Positions 19,515 to 29,612 of a stretch of 64,000 nt of DNA are shown piece after piece. Source of the DNA: an uncultured Candidatus Saccharibacteria bacterium (GTDB lineage Bacteria; Patescibacteriota; Minisyncoccia; UBA6257; 2-01-FULL-56-20); the NCBI GenBank assembly GCA_965231155.1, contig OZ246418.1, positions 110,850-174,849 on the forward strand, given 5' to 3'. Under the pieces are notes generated by a model, which was not told the origin of the DNA, made no database searches, and saw only the letters and a program-made list of their open reading frames with translations. The first letter of the stretch is position 1. Every line of letters starts with the position of its first letter. The translations under genes and the position numbers were made by a program.

Positions 19515-20186
19515 ATGATCAAAGCACAAAACATAACCAGAAAATACGGAATCGGAGAACTCGAAGTAACAGCTCTCGATGATATTACTCTCGAGATTAA
19601 AGATGGGGAGTTCGTGGCGGTAGTTGGTTCTTCAGGCGCAGGTAAATCCACGCTCCTCTATCAAATTTCTTTATTAGACGAACCGACTTCCGGAGAGATT
19701 CATATCGGACACATCAATGCCTCCAAACTTAGTCAAGCCGAAAAAACAAAACTCCGCCTCCACGAGTTCGGATATGTCTTCCAGGACTATGCCCTTCTTC
19801 CGGAGCTAACCGCCATAGAAAATGTCGCTCTGCCAATGCTGATGCAAGGACTCTCTCACGCGGGAGCGATCGAGAAAGCCGAAGAAGCATTATCCCGCAT
19901 TGGTCTAGGCGAAAAACTTCAGAATCTCCCCAGTCAACTATCCGGAGGACAACAACAACGCGTCTCAATTGCTCGAGCAATTGCGCATAGTCCTCATATT
20001 CTTTTCGCTGACGAACCAACCGCGAACCTTGATTCAGCAAACGGCCGGATTGTTATGGACGCTTTTTCTGAACTTCACAAGCAAGGACAGACTATCGTCA
20101 TGGTGACTCACGAAGAGGAATACGCCAAACGAGCTCACCGTATCGTCACCCTCAAAGACGGCCGAATAGTTTCTGATAAGAACTAA
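19515..20186 (+). CDS. ABC transporter ATP-binding protein (LolD/MacB-type)
   Basis: GSSGAGKST, LSGGQQQRV, ADEPTANLD, VTH. Confidence 0.95.
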   Translation: MIKAQNITRKYGIGELEVTALDDITLEIKDGEFVAVVGSSGAGKSTLLYQISLLDEPTSGEIHIGHINASKLSQAEKTKLRLHEFGYVFQDYALLPELTAIENVALPMLMQGLSHAGAIEKAEEALSRIGLGEKLQNLPSQLSGGQQQRVSIARAIAHSPHILFADEPTANLDSANGRIVMDAFSELHKQGQTIVMVTHEEEYAKRAHRIVTLKDGRIVSDKN

Positions 20187-20193
20187 AAACTAG

Positions 20194-20643
20194 CTACTTC
20201 CCATCACCTCCGGCATCTGAGTTCTCAAAAAATACTGAATCGTCATCCTCATCATTCATTGATTCTATAGTCTTCACCCTGCCAGCTCGACGAAACGTTT
20301 TTAGACTAAAGTAAAGAGCAAGAAGAAAGATAACGGCAAGAAGTTGATTGGTCCAAAAAAAGCTTCCCACCGAGCCATAGCGACTATACCAGTCAACCGC
20401 ATAGTCTTCGAAAGTAAGAACGCCACCCACTGAAACAAACACATTGAGAGTTGCAGTCCAAGCGTGACGCGGACTAGTCAATCCGGCAGCCATACCCACC
20501 AATAGAATTGCTAATAAAGAAATAATGAGTGGTTGTCCGATCTCATTGGTAAAGAAAGGGAGCGAGACAATCATAACCAAGGCGGCCAGCACAAACAGCT
20601 TGCGTACTGTGTCTCCGTAATAATGAGATATCTTCTTAGTCAT
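20194..20643 (-). CDS. hypothetical 4-TM membrane protein
   Basis: MTKKISHYYGDTVRKLF start (track start 20679 overlaps the upstream gene); four hydrophobic segments and an acidic tail. Confidence 0.75.
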   Translation of the reverse strand: MTKKISHYYGDTVRKLFVLAALVMIVSLPFFTNEIGQPLIISLLAILLVGMAAGLTSPRHAWTATLNVFVSVGGVLTFEDYAVDWYSRYGSVGSFFWTNQLLAVIFLLALYFSLKTFRRAGRVKTIESMNDEDDDSVFFENSDAGGDGK

Positions 20644-20653
20644 AGTTTCTTTC

Positions 20654-21109
20654 TTAATCAAACCAACCCTGCAACGCACTCGATTTTGAAGACCAAGCTC
20701 CTAGCCCCCAGACCCGACCAGATCTTGTGGTATACAAAGAAAAGAGAATCGCAGCATAGATAATATGTTCATCAATGATGAACGCATGAGGATTCGGATA
20801 AGGAAAACCAAGCGGGATATAGTAGAGAAGCATAAGCGCAATTCCAAGCAACGAGGAAAGACGCACACCAAGCCCAAAAATTAAAGAAAGGCCAAGAAGG
20901 AATAAACCCCATTCATTCACCATGTTGACGATCGGGAGAACTGACGGGCTAGCTAACCAGGCATAAAAATCAGGGGCAATCTTCGCCCCTCTCAGATATC
21001 CTTCTGCTGACCACGCTGGATTAATTATTTTTGAGAAACCAGCATAGAGATACATTGCTCCTAGGGTAACCCGAAGAACGAAAAGCGATATTTTTTGCGA
21101 GTTTTTCAT
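20654..21109 (-). CDS. DoxX/DoxD family membrane protein
   Basis: LRVTLG..YLYAGFSKI; WG..LLGLSLIFGL.VR; GRVWGLG. Confidence 0.85.
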   Translation of the reverse strand: MKNSQKISLFVLRVTLGAMYLYAGFSKIINPAWSAEGYLRGAKIAPDFYAWLASPSVLPIVNMVNEWGLFLLGLSLIFGLGVRLSSLLGIALMLLYYIPLGFPYPNPHAFIIDEHIIYAAILFSLYTTRSGRVWGLGAWSSKSSALQGWFD

Positions 21110-21165
21110 TTTGTTATCTTTGACCCAATTATAACAAATTCTATGATTCTTTTCACTTGGGATAT

Positions 21166-21194
21166 AAAAAGGCGCTGTCCATAAGACAGTCGCC
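21166..21194 (-). terminator. intrinsic terminator
   Basis: GGCG.CTGTC-CATAA-GACAG.CGCC with A-run on the plus strand. Confidence 0.55.
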
Positions 21195-21198
21195 AGAT

Positions 21199-21858
21199 TT
21201 ACAAAACTGAACGAAGACGACGAGCTGTTTCCTCGTGAGGCCAGGAAAGCGGTAACGCCACTCCTTCAATGCCCTGCATCGAAGAACGCAGGGAACCCAA
21301 GGGATCTAGCTGAGGGGAATAGAGTGCATATCGGATCTGCCCCTCTGCGCCAATACGCACGGCAAAAGAGTAGCCCTCATGGAAACTGCCTAGTGTCTGA
21401 TTCGCTAGCCAAATCAGATGACTGAGGATACTCGCAAATTGGGCGACTCCATTTTCTGCGAAACCAAGATTACCTCGAGGCAGAATCAGACACTCCCCTA
21501 CACGAGAACCACCCGAAAACACCTCGAAGGTTTCCGTCCTCAACACCAATCTCTCGGTGGAATGGCCGGATGGCAACTGATCCCGAGCGACAACTGCTCC
21601 TCGATACTCCAGCCATGGACACCACTCGACTGACAGTTCGCTAGGAACATGCGAAAAGACGAGCTTTTCAGAAACATCCTCTGAGGTGGTGCTGAGGATC
21701 GCTCGCAGGGCAGCTTCCAGATCCTCGGCTTCTCCCCAGCCAGGAAACTGGCTCCGATCCCAGGATCGACTGCCAACCACCCGACCGGCCAGTACTCCCA
21801 AAGGATTCCACCACCACTCAAGTGGCGCACCAGAAAAAAGTGCCAACTGTTGTCTCAT
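21199..21858 (-). CDS. orphan hypothetical protein
   Basis: GGAGGT SD before ATG 21858; TTGACA-17-TAGAAA promoter at 21910-21882 overlaps the track start 21882. Confidence 0.6.
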   Translation of the reverse strand: MRQQLALFSGAPLEWWWNPLGVLAGRVVGSRSWDRSQFPGWGEAEDLEAALRAILSTTSEDVSEKLVFSHVPSELSVEWCPWLEYRGAVVARDQLPSGHSTERLVLRTETFEVFSGGSRVGECLILPRGNLGFAENGVAQFASILSHLIWLANQTLGSFHEGYSFAVRIGAEGQIRYALYSPQLDPLGSLRSSMQGIEGVALPLSWPHEETARRLRSVL

Positions 21859-21924
21859 AAAAAACCTCCCATGCTGTCTCATTTCTAATACTCCTCAGAA
21901 TGCCTGTCAAACCATTGTTTCTTA

Positions 21925-21963
21925 AAAAATAAATACCGCCCTAAGAATAGGACGGTATTTATT
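21925..21963 (-). terminator. intrinsic terminator
   Basis: AATAAATACCG.CCTA-AGAA-TAGG.CGGTATTTATT inverted repeat downstream of 22008-22214. Confidence 0.7.
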
Positions 21964-22007
21964 CGGTTGACTATCACGAGGATAGCGAACCCTAACTAAT
22001 TACTTAG

Positions 22008-22214
22008 TTAGTTTGTTGCAGCTGGGGCAGTCATCGCATCGGTAGCACTGGTGGTGCCTTCGGTGGACGATGTCATAGTCCCATCGGTGGTAGTGGTGGC
22101 GGTAACTGTACCGTCAGTCGTGGTAGTCGCAGGCGTACCGTTCTGCATGTAGAACCAGATCGCCAAAATGACAACCAAAACGACCACAATTCCGATTATT
22201 ACTTTATTGCTCAT
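22008..22214 (-). CDS. small membrane-anchored Thr-rich protein
   Basis: Single TM followed by ATTTTDGT x2 and a low-complexity tail. Confidence 0.75.
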   Translation of the reverse strand: MSNKVIIGIVVVLVVILAIWFYMQNGTPATTTTDGTVTATTTTDGTMTSSTEGTTSATDAMTAPAATN

Positions 22215-22384
22215 CGGGCTATTAGTCTTATTTTTTCAACCTTTACAGTGAGTACATAGTATCATATCCAATATTTTTTGTCTATTTTATCCACACAAAA
22301 AACAATTTTTTATCTAAACTGTCAAAAACTCAATGACCCAATACTCTCCGCTGCTGACAAGCAACACACTATCAATCCCTTCCC

Positions 22385-24745
22385 TCACCCATGACTCAGA
22401 TCCTTAAGATTAATACCCCTATCGCTCAGCTCTTCGAGTTTTTCATCGTGGGAAATACATACAATAGTCAAACGAGAATTTTCGTGATGAAGTTTCTGTA
22501 GTAACTCCCTAACTTCCACCTGAGACTCTCTGTCTAGACCAGATGTTGGTTCGTCCAGGAACATAATTCTTGGTTTTTTGAGAACTGCTCGAACAAGACC
22601 AACTCGAACAAGCTCTCCTCCAGAAAGATAGTGAACGTTTTTCTTATCAAGATCGTGAGATAGATTAGCGAGATTAAACTTTCTAAGAGTTTGAACGATT
22701 TCCTCATCACTGACTTCTCGTCGCGTCCACAGAAGTAAATTCTCTCGTAGTGTCATATCGGGGAAAATTTGTGGCTTTTGATTACTATATGCGAGATGGG
22801 CATAGATTGATTCTGGACCGAAACGTTTAATCTTATCAACCTCGACACCACCGAAAGAAACTGATCCTGCGCTTGGTTCATAAAGCCCAACCATATTCCT
22901 CATAAGTGTTGTTTTTCCAGTACCACTTCGACCATGAATAACCACAAGCTGTCCTTCTGGAATCTCAAGATTAATGTTATGTAAAATGTCTTTATAAGAA
23001 AGATTTTCTATTCGCAATGTGAAATTTGGTAAACGAGACGTAGAAATCCTCTCCTTGTCCATTTCGCCGTCTGGCACATCCAATGCCTCATACTCTCCGA
23101 AAAGCTTTTCCATCCTCCTAACGTTCTGAATATCTGTAGGAAATTCCTGGAGATAAAGACGCATGAGGTCCTCGATTGGTCTCTGTAAGCGTTCCGAGTA
23201 TTGGATATTGGACAAAACAGCGCCAGGGGGAATAACTCCTTCTTGGACCAAGTAAGCACCAACTACCCCTGCTATCACACCGGCGATATCTTTTGGCAAA
23301 ACATCAATAGTGCGAGCCCACGCTTGCAGTTTTTGTCGTTCAGTAATAATTTCATCCACTGCATCAAGATCGTCTTTAAATGTTCGGGCAACCTCTGGAA
23401 GCTCTGGAGAAATTCGTACCTGTTCGTATCCTTCCTGAGTAGCACTTATACGAGTAAGATATTTTGACCTTAATTTCCTCGATCGGCTATGAATTTTCCA
23501 AAACTGACCTCCCCTCTTTTTGGCAATATGCACCATCGCCGGTACTCCCGCTAAACCGATTCCTCCAAGAATTGGATTAACTGAAGTTAAGAATGCAAGA
23601 GATCCAGCAGTGGCAAAAAGCGCTGGCGCCAAACGAGTCACCGTATTCCTCATAATTGCTATAGTTGCCTCTCTTCCCTCTTCAAGCACAGAAAGAATCT
23701 CTCCTTGAGTTTGCTCCTGCATGAATTCAAAATTCTGAAAGAAAAAAGTGTTTGCAATTCGCTCATTAATCTCTTTCCGAATTTTTAATTCCATATCAGC
23801 AACAAGTCGCGATAGCCAGGCCTCTATCCATTCTGGACCACGAGAAAGAGCTGAATATTCTAAAAAAACCTTTATATCAAAATCATTGCCCCCCGGAATC
23901 ATCTTCCCCCATAAAGCAGGAGCATACGATTCCATAAGAGCAACTGTCAGGTGTCCAGTCGCAAGCATACCAGCATCTTTTCGAGAAATATTTCTTCCAT
24001 GCTCCCTCCAAAGATGCGAAATAATATCCAACAAAATCTTTGGACTATAGTCTTCGAAAGAATGACCCCTAAGATCTAAAAACGCTCGAATTTCTGCGAC
24101 AGACAAGGGATATCGTTCAGCAAGACGTTCACTTATTGCCTTATCTTCGTCATCAAGATTCCACCCTTCTTCATCGAATCTTTTCTTTTCTGCCACAATG
24201 TCAGCTTCAACTGTTTTTGCGTTCAACACGTTAGCAACAGCTTGAAAGAACATCCACGATGAAGCTCTTAAATCTTCATCGTCTGTCTCCGAAAAATTTT
24301 TCGATCGTGGACCAACTTCATGAATAAGTTCCGAAATCCAAGATTCAATGGTGCGCACATTGTCTTCACTCTCTATATCAATCCATTCTCTTACTGGATG
24401 GCCCTCACTAATCCGAGATGCATCTCTTAATCTATGCAAGATGCTTTTATAACCTTCAATCAAGCGCGGAGAAACCATCTCCTGAAGGAGGCTTGCTCGT
24501 GTTTGTTCTTCCTGTATCTCAGAATTTCGATTTAGTTTTTCTTCAACAACCTCTCGAAGAAATAAGCCGGTACTTGCAATATCATCTACTACATCAATCG
24601 AATTAACTTCGTGATCTCCTTCGTTTTGAAGCCGACGAGAAAGCATCTCCAAATGACCTCGCACGGAGCGCGAAGGTCGGTCTTCTTTTTCTTTCTGATT
24701 TTCTAAACCTCTCCTTAGCTCTTCAAAAGAATAATTCTCTCTCAT
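22385..24745 (-). CDS. ABC exporter (TMD+NBD) with long charged N-terminal extension
   Basis: GRSGTGKTT, LSGGE, FLDEPTSGLD, ISHD; TMD in the middle; roughly 250 aa acidic/helical N-terminus. Confidence 0.85.
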   Translation of the reverse strand: MRENYSFEELRRGLENQKEKEDRPSRSVRGHLEMLSRRLQNEGDHEVNSIDVVDDIASTGLFLREVVEEKLNRNSEIQEEQTRASLLQEMVSPRLIEGYKSILHRLRDASRISEGHPVREWIDIESEDNVRTIESWISELIHEVGPRSKNFSETDDEDLRASSWMFFQAVANVLNAKTVEADIVAEKKRFDEEGWNLDDEDKAISERLAERYPLSVAEIRAFLDLRGHSFEDYSPKILLDIISHLWREHGRNISRKDAGMLATGHLTVALMESYAPALWGKMIPGGNDFDIKVFLEYSALSRGPEWIEAWLSRLVADMELKIRKEINERIANTFFFQNFEFMQEQTQGEILSVLEEGREATIAIMRNTVTRLAPALFATAGSLAFLTSVNPILGGIGLAGVPAMVHIAKKRGGQFWKIHSRSRKLRSKYLTRISATQEGYEQVRISPELPEVARTFKDDLDAVDEIITERQKLQAWARTIDVLPKDIAGVIAGVVGAYLVQEGVIPPGAVLSNIQYSERLQRPIEDLMRLYLQEFPTDIQNVRRMEKLFGEYEALDVPDGEMDKERISTSRLPNFTLRIENLSYKDILHNINLEIPEGQLVVIHGRSGTGKTTLMRNMVGLYEPSAGSVSFGGVEVDKIKRFGPESIYAHLAYSNQKPQIFPDMTLRENLLLWTRREVSDEEIVQTLRKFNLANLSHDLDKKNVHYLSGGELVRVGLVRAVLKKPRIMFLDEPTSGLDRESQVEVRELLQKLHHENSRLTIVCISHDEKLEELSDRGINLKDLSHG

Positions 24746-24826
24746 AGACTTGTCCTTAGTATACCTCGTCCAGATAAAGAATTCGAAAATTGTTTAAACC
24801 CAAAACTCAATGATATAATCCCGAAT

Positions 24827-27385
24827 ATGACCAAATTGAAATCCTCAGTCCGCCTGCCAGTCCATATCAAACCAGAGCGCTACCGCCTTCTCCTGCGACC
24901 AAATTTTCAGTCCTTTGTTTTTGAAGGTGAAGAAACAATTTATTTCGATCTTCAGAAATCGAGCCGGACAATTGAACTCCATGCCAAAAACTTAGAGGTA
25001 TCTGAAGTGATCTATCGCCACGCCAAAGATCATCATCAAGCGAAAATTAGTTACAACGAAAAAAAAGAGACGGTTATTTTTAGCTTCTCCAAACCGCTCC
25101 CTAAAGGCCAGGGTGAGTTAGACCTCAAATTCAGAGGAATTCTTAAAGATGAGATGCGAGGATTTTATCGAAGTCGCTACCACATAAACGGCGAGGAGCA
25201 CTATTTAGCCACCACCCAGTTCGAAGCCACTGATGCACGTCGTGCCTTCCCTTGTGTTGATGAACCAGCCAGCAAAGCTATTTTTGATGTGACACTTATC
25301 GTACCGACCCACATGCAGGCTATCTCAAACACGATCCCCTCAAGCATTGAGGAGCACGACTCTGGATTCCGACTCGTCCAGTTTGCGCCAACACCGAAGA
25401 TGTCGACCTACCTCCTGGCCTTCATCGTTGGTGAATTCGATTTTATTGAAAAGAAAACTAAAGAAGGGGTTTTGATTCGTGTCTTCGTTACTCCTGGGAA
25501 AAAAGAACAGGCTCATTTCGCTCTGGAGGTTGCCGATAAGACTCTCTCTTTTTATAACCGCTATTTCCAGATTCCCTATCCCTTGCCCGTCCTCGACCTC
25601 ATCGCCATTCCCGACTTTGAGTCTGGAGCTATGGAAAACTGGGGAGCAGTCACCTATAGAGAGTCAGCCCTTTTAGTCGATCCTGAACACTCGTCTAATC
25701 AAAATAAGCAGTGGGTCGCTTTGGTGATTGCTCATGAGCTTGCCCATCAATGGTTCGGCAACCTAGTGACCATGGAGTGGTGGACGCATCTCTGGCTCAA
25801 CGAGGGCTTTGCTTCTTATATAGAATATCTAGCTGTCGATCATCTCTTCCCTGAATGGGATATCTGGACCCAGTTCGTCTACCTTGATCATGGACGCGCC
25901 CTTGAACTTGATGGATTAAAAACAACTCATGCTATCGAAATCGAAGTGAACCACCCCTCGGAGATCGATGAGATTTTCGACGCGGTGAGTTACTCCAAAG
26001 GTGCGAGCGTGATTCGTATGCTTGCCACCTATCTCGGTGAAACTGACTTCCGCAATGGTCTTCGTCACTATCTAAAGACTCATCAGTACGATAATGCCCG
26101 CACCGAAGATCTATGGTTAGCCCTAGAACACATCTCTAAAAAACCGGTTCGTAAACTAATGCGCAGTTGGACGCGTGAGCCTGGCTACCCCCTCCTTACC
26201 GCATACGAGGAAAAGAAAAAACTTGTAGTTCGACAGTCGCGCTTCTATGCTCATCCAAAAATAAATACTACTGATTCTCCGGTCTGGCCAACACCGCTTC
26301 TTATGCGACACAACTCAAAGAAGCAGAACTATGGACTACTCGAAAAGAAGCAGATCCAACTTCCACTCTCCACATCTTGGACGAAACTGAACCCAGGAGA
26401 GACTGCCTTCTATCGGGTGCAGTATGAATCATCTCTCCTCCATCGCCTCAAATCTCCAATTGCCTCAAAAAAACTAAAAGCGGTTGATCGTCTTGGTTTA
26501 GTTCGCGATGCATTTGCTTTGGTGCAGTCAGGCAAAATGCCAACAACCGAAGCCCTTGATCTGGCCTTAGCCTACGAAAACGAGCATGACTACACTGTCT
26601 GGGTCGACCTGACGTCTCATCTGATGACACTTGAAAGCCTACTCTTTGGAGAAAAAGCTTATGAGAACTTCCGAAATTACGGCCGAAACCTGTATACAAA
26701 AATCAGTCGTCACGTCGGTTGGATCGAACGTAAAGGCGAACGACATACCGAAACTTTTTTACGCCCACTCGTCTTAGGCGCAGCTGGTTCTTTTGGAGAT
26801 GAGTCGGTAATTCTGCACGCGAAAAAATTATTCAAGGAGCATCTCCAAGGGAAACCTATTTCACCGAATCTCCGTGGCATCGTCTACCGACTGACCGCAG
26901 AGAACGGCGGAGAAAAAGAATATGAATCCTTCCTCAAGCTCTATCGTAAAGAACCACTTCACGAAGAAAAAAATCGTTTGATGCGAGCCCTGGCAAGTTT
27001 TCCCAGTACAAAACTCATCAACCGCTCTCTTGAGTTCGCGCTTACATTTGAAGTGCGTTATCAGGACGCCCCTAGTCTCTTGGCTGCACTCTGGGCAAAC
27101 CCGCATGGCCGAGAACTGACTTGGAGGTTTGTACAAAAAAACTGGAAAATTATTCAGAAACGCTATGGACACGGACACTCCCTCTCCCGTCTCTTGGGCC
27201 AGTTAGCAGTCTTTACTGATAAAAAATATATTCCCGAGATCAAAGCCTTTTTCAAAAAACACCCCGCACCCAACGCCGCTCGAGCAATTGATCAAGCTAT
27301 TGAACAAATTGAAATTAATCACGCCTGGCGGACCCGAGATGCGAAAAATACGTACGACTGGCTAAAGGAACTGAAACAAAAATAG
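24827..27385 (+). CDS. pepN: M1 family aminopeptidase (aminopeptidase N/puromycin-sensitive type)
   Basis: TQFEATDARRAFPC, GAMENWG, HELAHQWFGNLVT..WLNEGFA; extended -10 TGATATAAT 7 nt upstream. Confidence 0.95.
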   Translation: MTKLKSSVRLPVHIKPERYRLLLRPNFQSFVFEGEETIYFDLQKSSRTIELHAKNLEVSEVIYRHAKDHHQAKISYNEKKETVIFSFSKPLPKGQGELDLKFRGILKDEMRGFYRSRYHINGEEHYLATTQFEATDARRAFPCVDEPASKAIFDVTLIVPTHMQAISNTIPSSIEEHDSGFRLVQFAPTPKMSTYLLAFIVGEFDFIEKKTKEGVLIRVFVTPGKKEQAHFALEVADKTLSFYNRYFQIPYPLPVLDLIAIPDFESGAMENWGAVTYRESALLVDPEHSSNQNKQWVALVIAHELAHQWFGNLVTMEWWTHLWLNEGFASYIEYLAVDHLFPEWDIWTQFVYLDHGRALELDGLKTTHAIEIEVNHPSEIDEIFDAVSYSKGASVIRMLATYLGETDFRNGLRHYLKTHQYDNARTEDLWLALEHISKKPVRKLMRSWTREPGYPLLTAYEEKKKLVVRQSRFYAHPKINTTDSPVWPTPLLMRHNSKKQNYGLLEKKQIQLPLSTSWTKLNPGETAFYRVQYESSLLHRLKSPIASKKLKAVDRLGLVRDAFALVQSGKMPTTEALDLALAYENEHDYTVWVDLTSHLMTLESLLFGEKAYENFRNYGRNLYTKISRHVGWIERKGERHTETFLRPLVLGAAGSFGDESVILHAKKLFKEHLQGKPISPNLRGIVYRLTAENGGEKEYESFLKLYRKEPLHEEKNRLMRALASFPSTKLINRSLEFALTFEVRYQDAPSLLAALWANPHGRELTWRFVQKNWKIIQKRYGHGHSLSRLLGQLAVFTDKKYIPEIKAFFKKHPAPNAARAIDQAIEQIEINHAWRTRDAKNTYDWLKELKQK

Positions 27386-27387
27386 GA

Positions 27388-28428
27388 ATGGTCGAAGGAT
27401 TCTGGAAAAAACTGAAAAAGCCGATTTTTGTGTTGGCTCCAATGGCCAACGTGACTGATGCCGCTTTTCGGCGGATCATCGCGAAATACGGAAAGCCTGA
27501 TGTCACCTGGACGGAGTTTGTTTCCGCCGATGGCTTATTCTCTCCAGGCCGTGAAAAACTTATGATGGATCTTTGGTTTGCTAAACAAGAACGACCAATT
27601 GTGGCTCAGCTTTTTAGCGCTAAACCAGAACTGATGTATCAAGCGGCTCAACTAGCTCAGGAACTTGGTTTTGATGGTATCGATATTAATATGGGCTGTC
27701 CCGACAAGGGTGTCGAAAAACAAGGGGCCGGAGCGGCCTTAATGAAAAATCCGAAGTTAGCGCAAAAGATTATTCAGGAGACACAACGTGGCGCCGGAAA
27801 ACTTCCGGTTTCTATAAAAACCCGCATTGGCTACAACAAGATCGAGCTAGACACCTGGCTCCCCGCTCTCCTTGAAACCGAACCAGCGGCTATCACTTTT
27901 CACCTCCGTACCAGAAAAGAAATGTCCAAGGTTCCGGCTCGTTGGGAACTGATGACTGAAGTAATGGAACTCGTTCAGAAATACGACTCGAGTAGAAATC
28001 GAACACTGATTCTTGGCAACGGTGATGTTGAAAATATTCTTGATGCTAAAGAAAAAGTAAAAATGTATGGCATTGATGGCGTGATGATTGGTCGCGGTAT
28101 CTTTGGTAACCCTTGGTGCTTTGCGAATTCGGTTCGTGCCAAGAACGACGACCGAATTCAGCATCCCGATGAGTCTAGCGAATCGGGATTACCTTCAGTG
28201 TCTCCCCGTGAAAAATTGTCGGTTATGCTTGAACACACAAAACTTTTTTGCGAACTTTACAAGATTAATCCCAAAACCGGCAAAGGACTCAAAGATTTTA
28301 ATGTTATGAAAAAACACTACAAGGCATATGTCAGTGGTTTCGATGGGGCTAAAGAGTTGCGCGTACAACTCATGGAGGCGAAAAATATCGAGGAGATCGA
28401 AGACTTGGTAACTGGTTGGAAATTATAG
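27388..28428 (+). CDS. dus: tRNA-dihydrouridine synthase
   Basis: LAPMANVTDAAFR, DINMGCP, SIKTRIG, GNGDV, GVMIGRG. Confidence 0.93.
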   Translation: MVEGFWKKLKKPIFVLAPMANVTDAAFRRIIAKYGKPDVTWTEFVSADGLFSPGREKLMMDLWFAKQERPIVAQLFSAKPELMYQAAQLAQELGFDGIDINMGCPDKGVEKQGAGAALMKNPKLAQKIIQETQRGAGKLPVSIKTRIGYNKIELDTWLPALLETEPAAITFHLRTRKEMSKVPARWELMTEVMELVQKYDSSRNRTLILGNGDVENILDAKEKVKMYGIDGVMIGRGIFGNPWCFANSVRAKNDDRIQHPDESSESGLPSVSPREKLSVMLEHTKLFCELYKINPKTGKGLKDFNVMKKHYKAYVSGFDGAKELRVQLMEAKNIEEIEDLVTGWKL

Positions 28429-28432
28429 AAAT

Positions 28433-28468
28433 AAAAAGGCTCAGAGCAGCGTAGTGCTGTCTGAGCCT
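28433..28468. terminator. intrinsic terminator between convergent genes
   Basis: AGGCTCAGA...TCTGAGCCT stem with 5' A-run. Confidence 0.65.
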
Positions 28469-28519
28469 GAGAGAGAAGTTTTTTATTAAGAGGAGTCTCT
28501 CATCTCCTCGTGAAGTGAA

Positions 28520-29440
28520 TCAGTTGTTCTCGCCGGGATTGCCACACGCGTTCATCTGGATGTGTGACGCACCGGCTCGCGCGACGGCGACGGCCTTGCC
28601 GAGCTCGGCCAGACCCTTGGAATCGTAGACCTTCATCGCCGTCATCATGTCGATGGCGAGTCGGGTCTGCTCTTCGGGGGTCGGGACGAAGGACAAGAAG
28701 TTCAAGCGAACGCCCTTGTCCTTGAGACGCTCGTTCACGGCCCCGAGGAGTTTGTCCTCGAATTCCCCTTGCGAGAAGTCGACGATGTCTTCGCCGATCA
28801 GCATCTCAGTCGTGACGTCGCGGATGCGCTTGTCGATGACGGCGTTCTCCGCGGACTCGTACTGCCCCGAAGAGTTTGCCCTGTCATCGACGTCGGTGTT
28901 GGCCTTGCCGAGATACTTCGCCTCGCCGATAAAGACCTTGCCGTCGAAGATCGAGTACTCGTAAGCAATCTCGACGCTGGCGAGGACCCTATCCTTGAAC
29001 GAAGTCTTGAACTTGGTCTCGCCTTGCATCGGGTAATCCGGAATCGCCACCTTGTAGGCACAGGGGCCGATGCGTGACGGAATGGTCTGCCCCGGAGGAA
29101 TGAGGGTCCAGCTCACGCCGCAATCGTCGCTGACCAAGGTCTGGACGTTTGCGCCACCGCGAGCACACGCATTCAGGGTGCAGGCGGCGAGCAAAGCTCC
29201 CAGCACGAGAAGGTGGTGTGCATGGTGATGCGGCACCTCCCCCTTATACTGAACGATGAGCTTGAGCAAATAGCCCACTCCTCCAATCACCGCAAGAGGC
29301 GCGAGCGCCCCCATGATGGCGAGAAAGATGCCGGCGTTTGCGTAGTACTGGCCGATCAGGTAGGTCGAGTACCACAACTCGAGAAGTCCTGCCGCAACTG
29401 CCAGCAGAACTACCACTCCGACGAACTTCGTCGTCTTCAT
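28520..29440 (-). CDS. GC-rich membrane protein with putative SPFH/band-7-like domain
   Basis: Three hydrophobic segments and HHHAHH, then IRDVT...FEDKL...VNERLKDKGV.LNFLS..P...TR.AID, resembling an SPFH core. Confidence 0.55.
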   Translation of the reverse strand: MKTTKFVGVVVLLAVAAGLLELWYSTYLIGQYYANAGIFLAIMGALAPLAVIGGVGYLLKLIVQYKGEVPHHHAHHLLVLGALLAACTLNACARGGANVQTLVSDDCGVSWTLIPPGQTIPSRIGPCAYKVAIPDYPMQGETKFKTSFKDRVLASVEIAYEYSIFDGKVFIGEAKYLGKANTDVDDRANSSGQYESAENAVIDKRIRDVTTEMLIGEDIVDFSQGEFEDKLLGAVNERLKDKGVRLNFLSFVPTPEEQTRLAIDMMTAMKVYDSKGLAELGKAVAVARAGASHIQMNACGNPGENN

Positions 29441-29522
29441 CTTTGTTTCTCCTTCAAATTTCGGCTCTTTATCGGTTACCCTTCCTTACGGATTAGGGTG
29501 TCTCAGAGCGTGCTAGTTGCAC

Positions 29523-29551
29523 ATTATAGGATACTTATATTGATTTGTCAA
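29523..29551 (-). promoter_or_regulatory. perfect-consensus sigma70 promoter for 28520-29440
   Basis: TTGACA (29551-29546)-17 nt-TATAAT (29528-29523); AAGGAG SD before ATG 29440. Confidence 0.8.
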
Positions 29552-29612
29552 GTAAGACTTTCTGCCCTAAAAAATTGCCAATTCCCCTACTTCCCAGTAT
29601 TCTAAGTAATCT

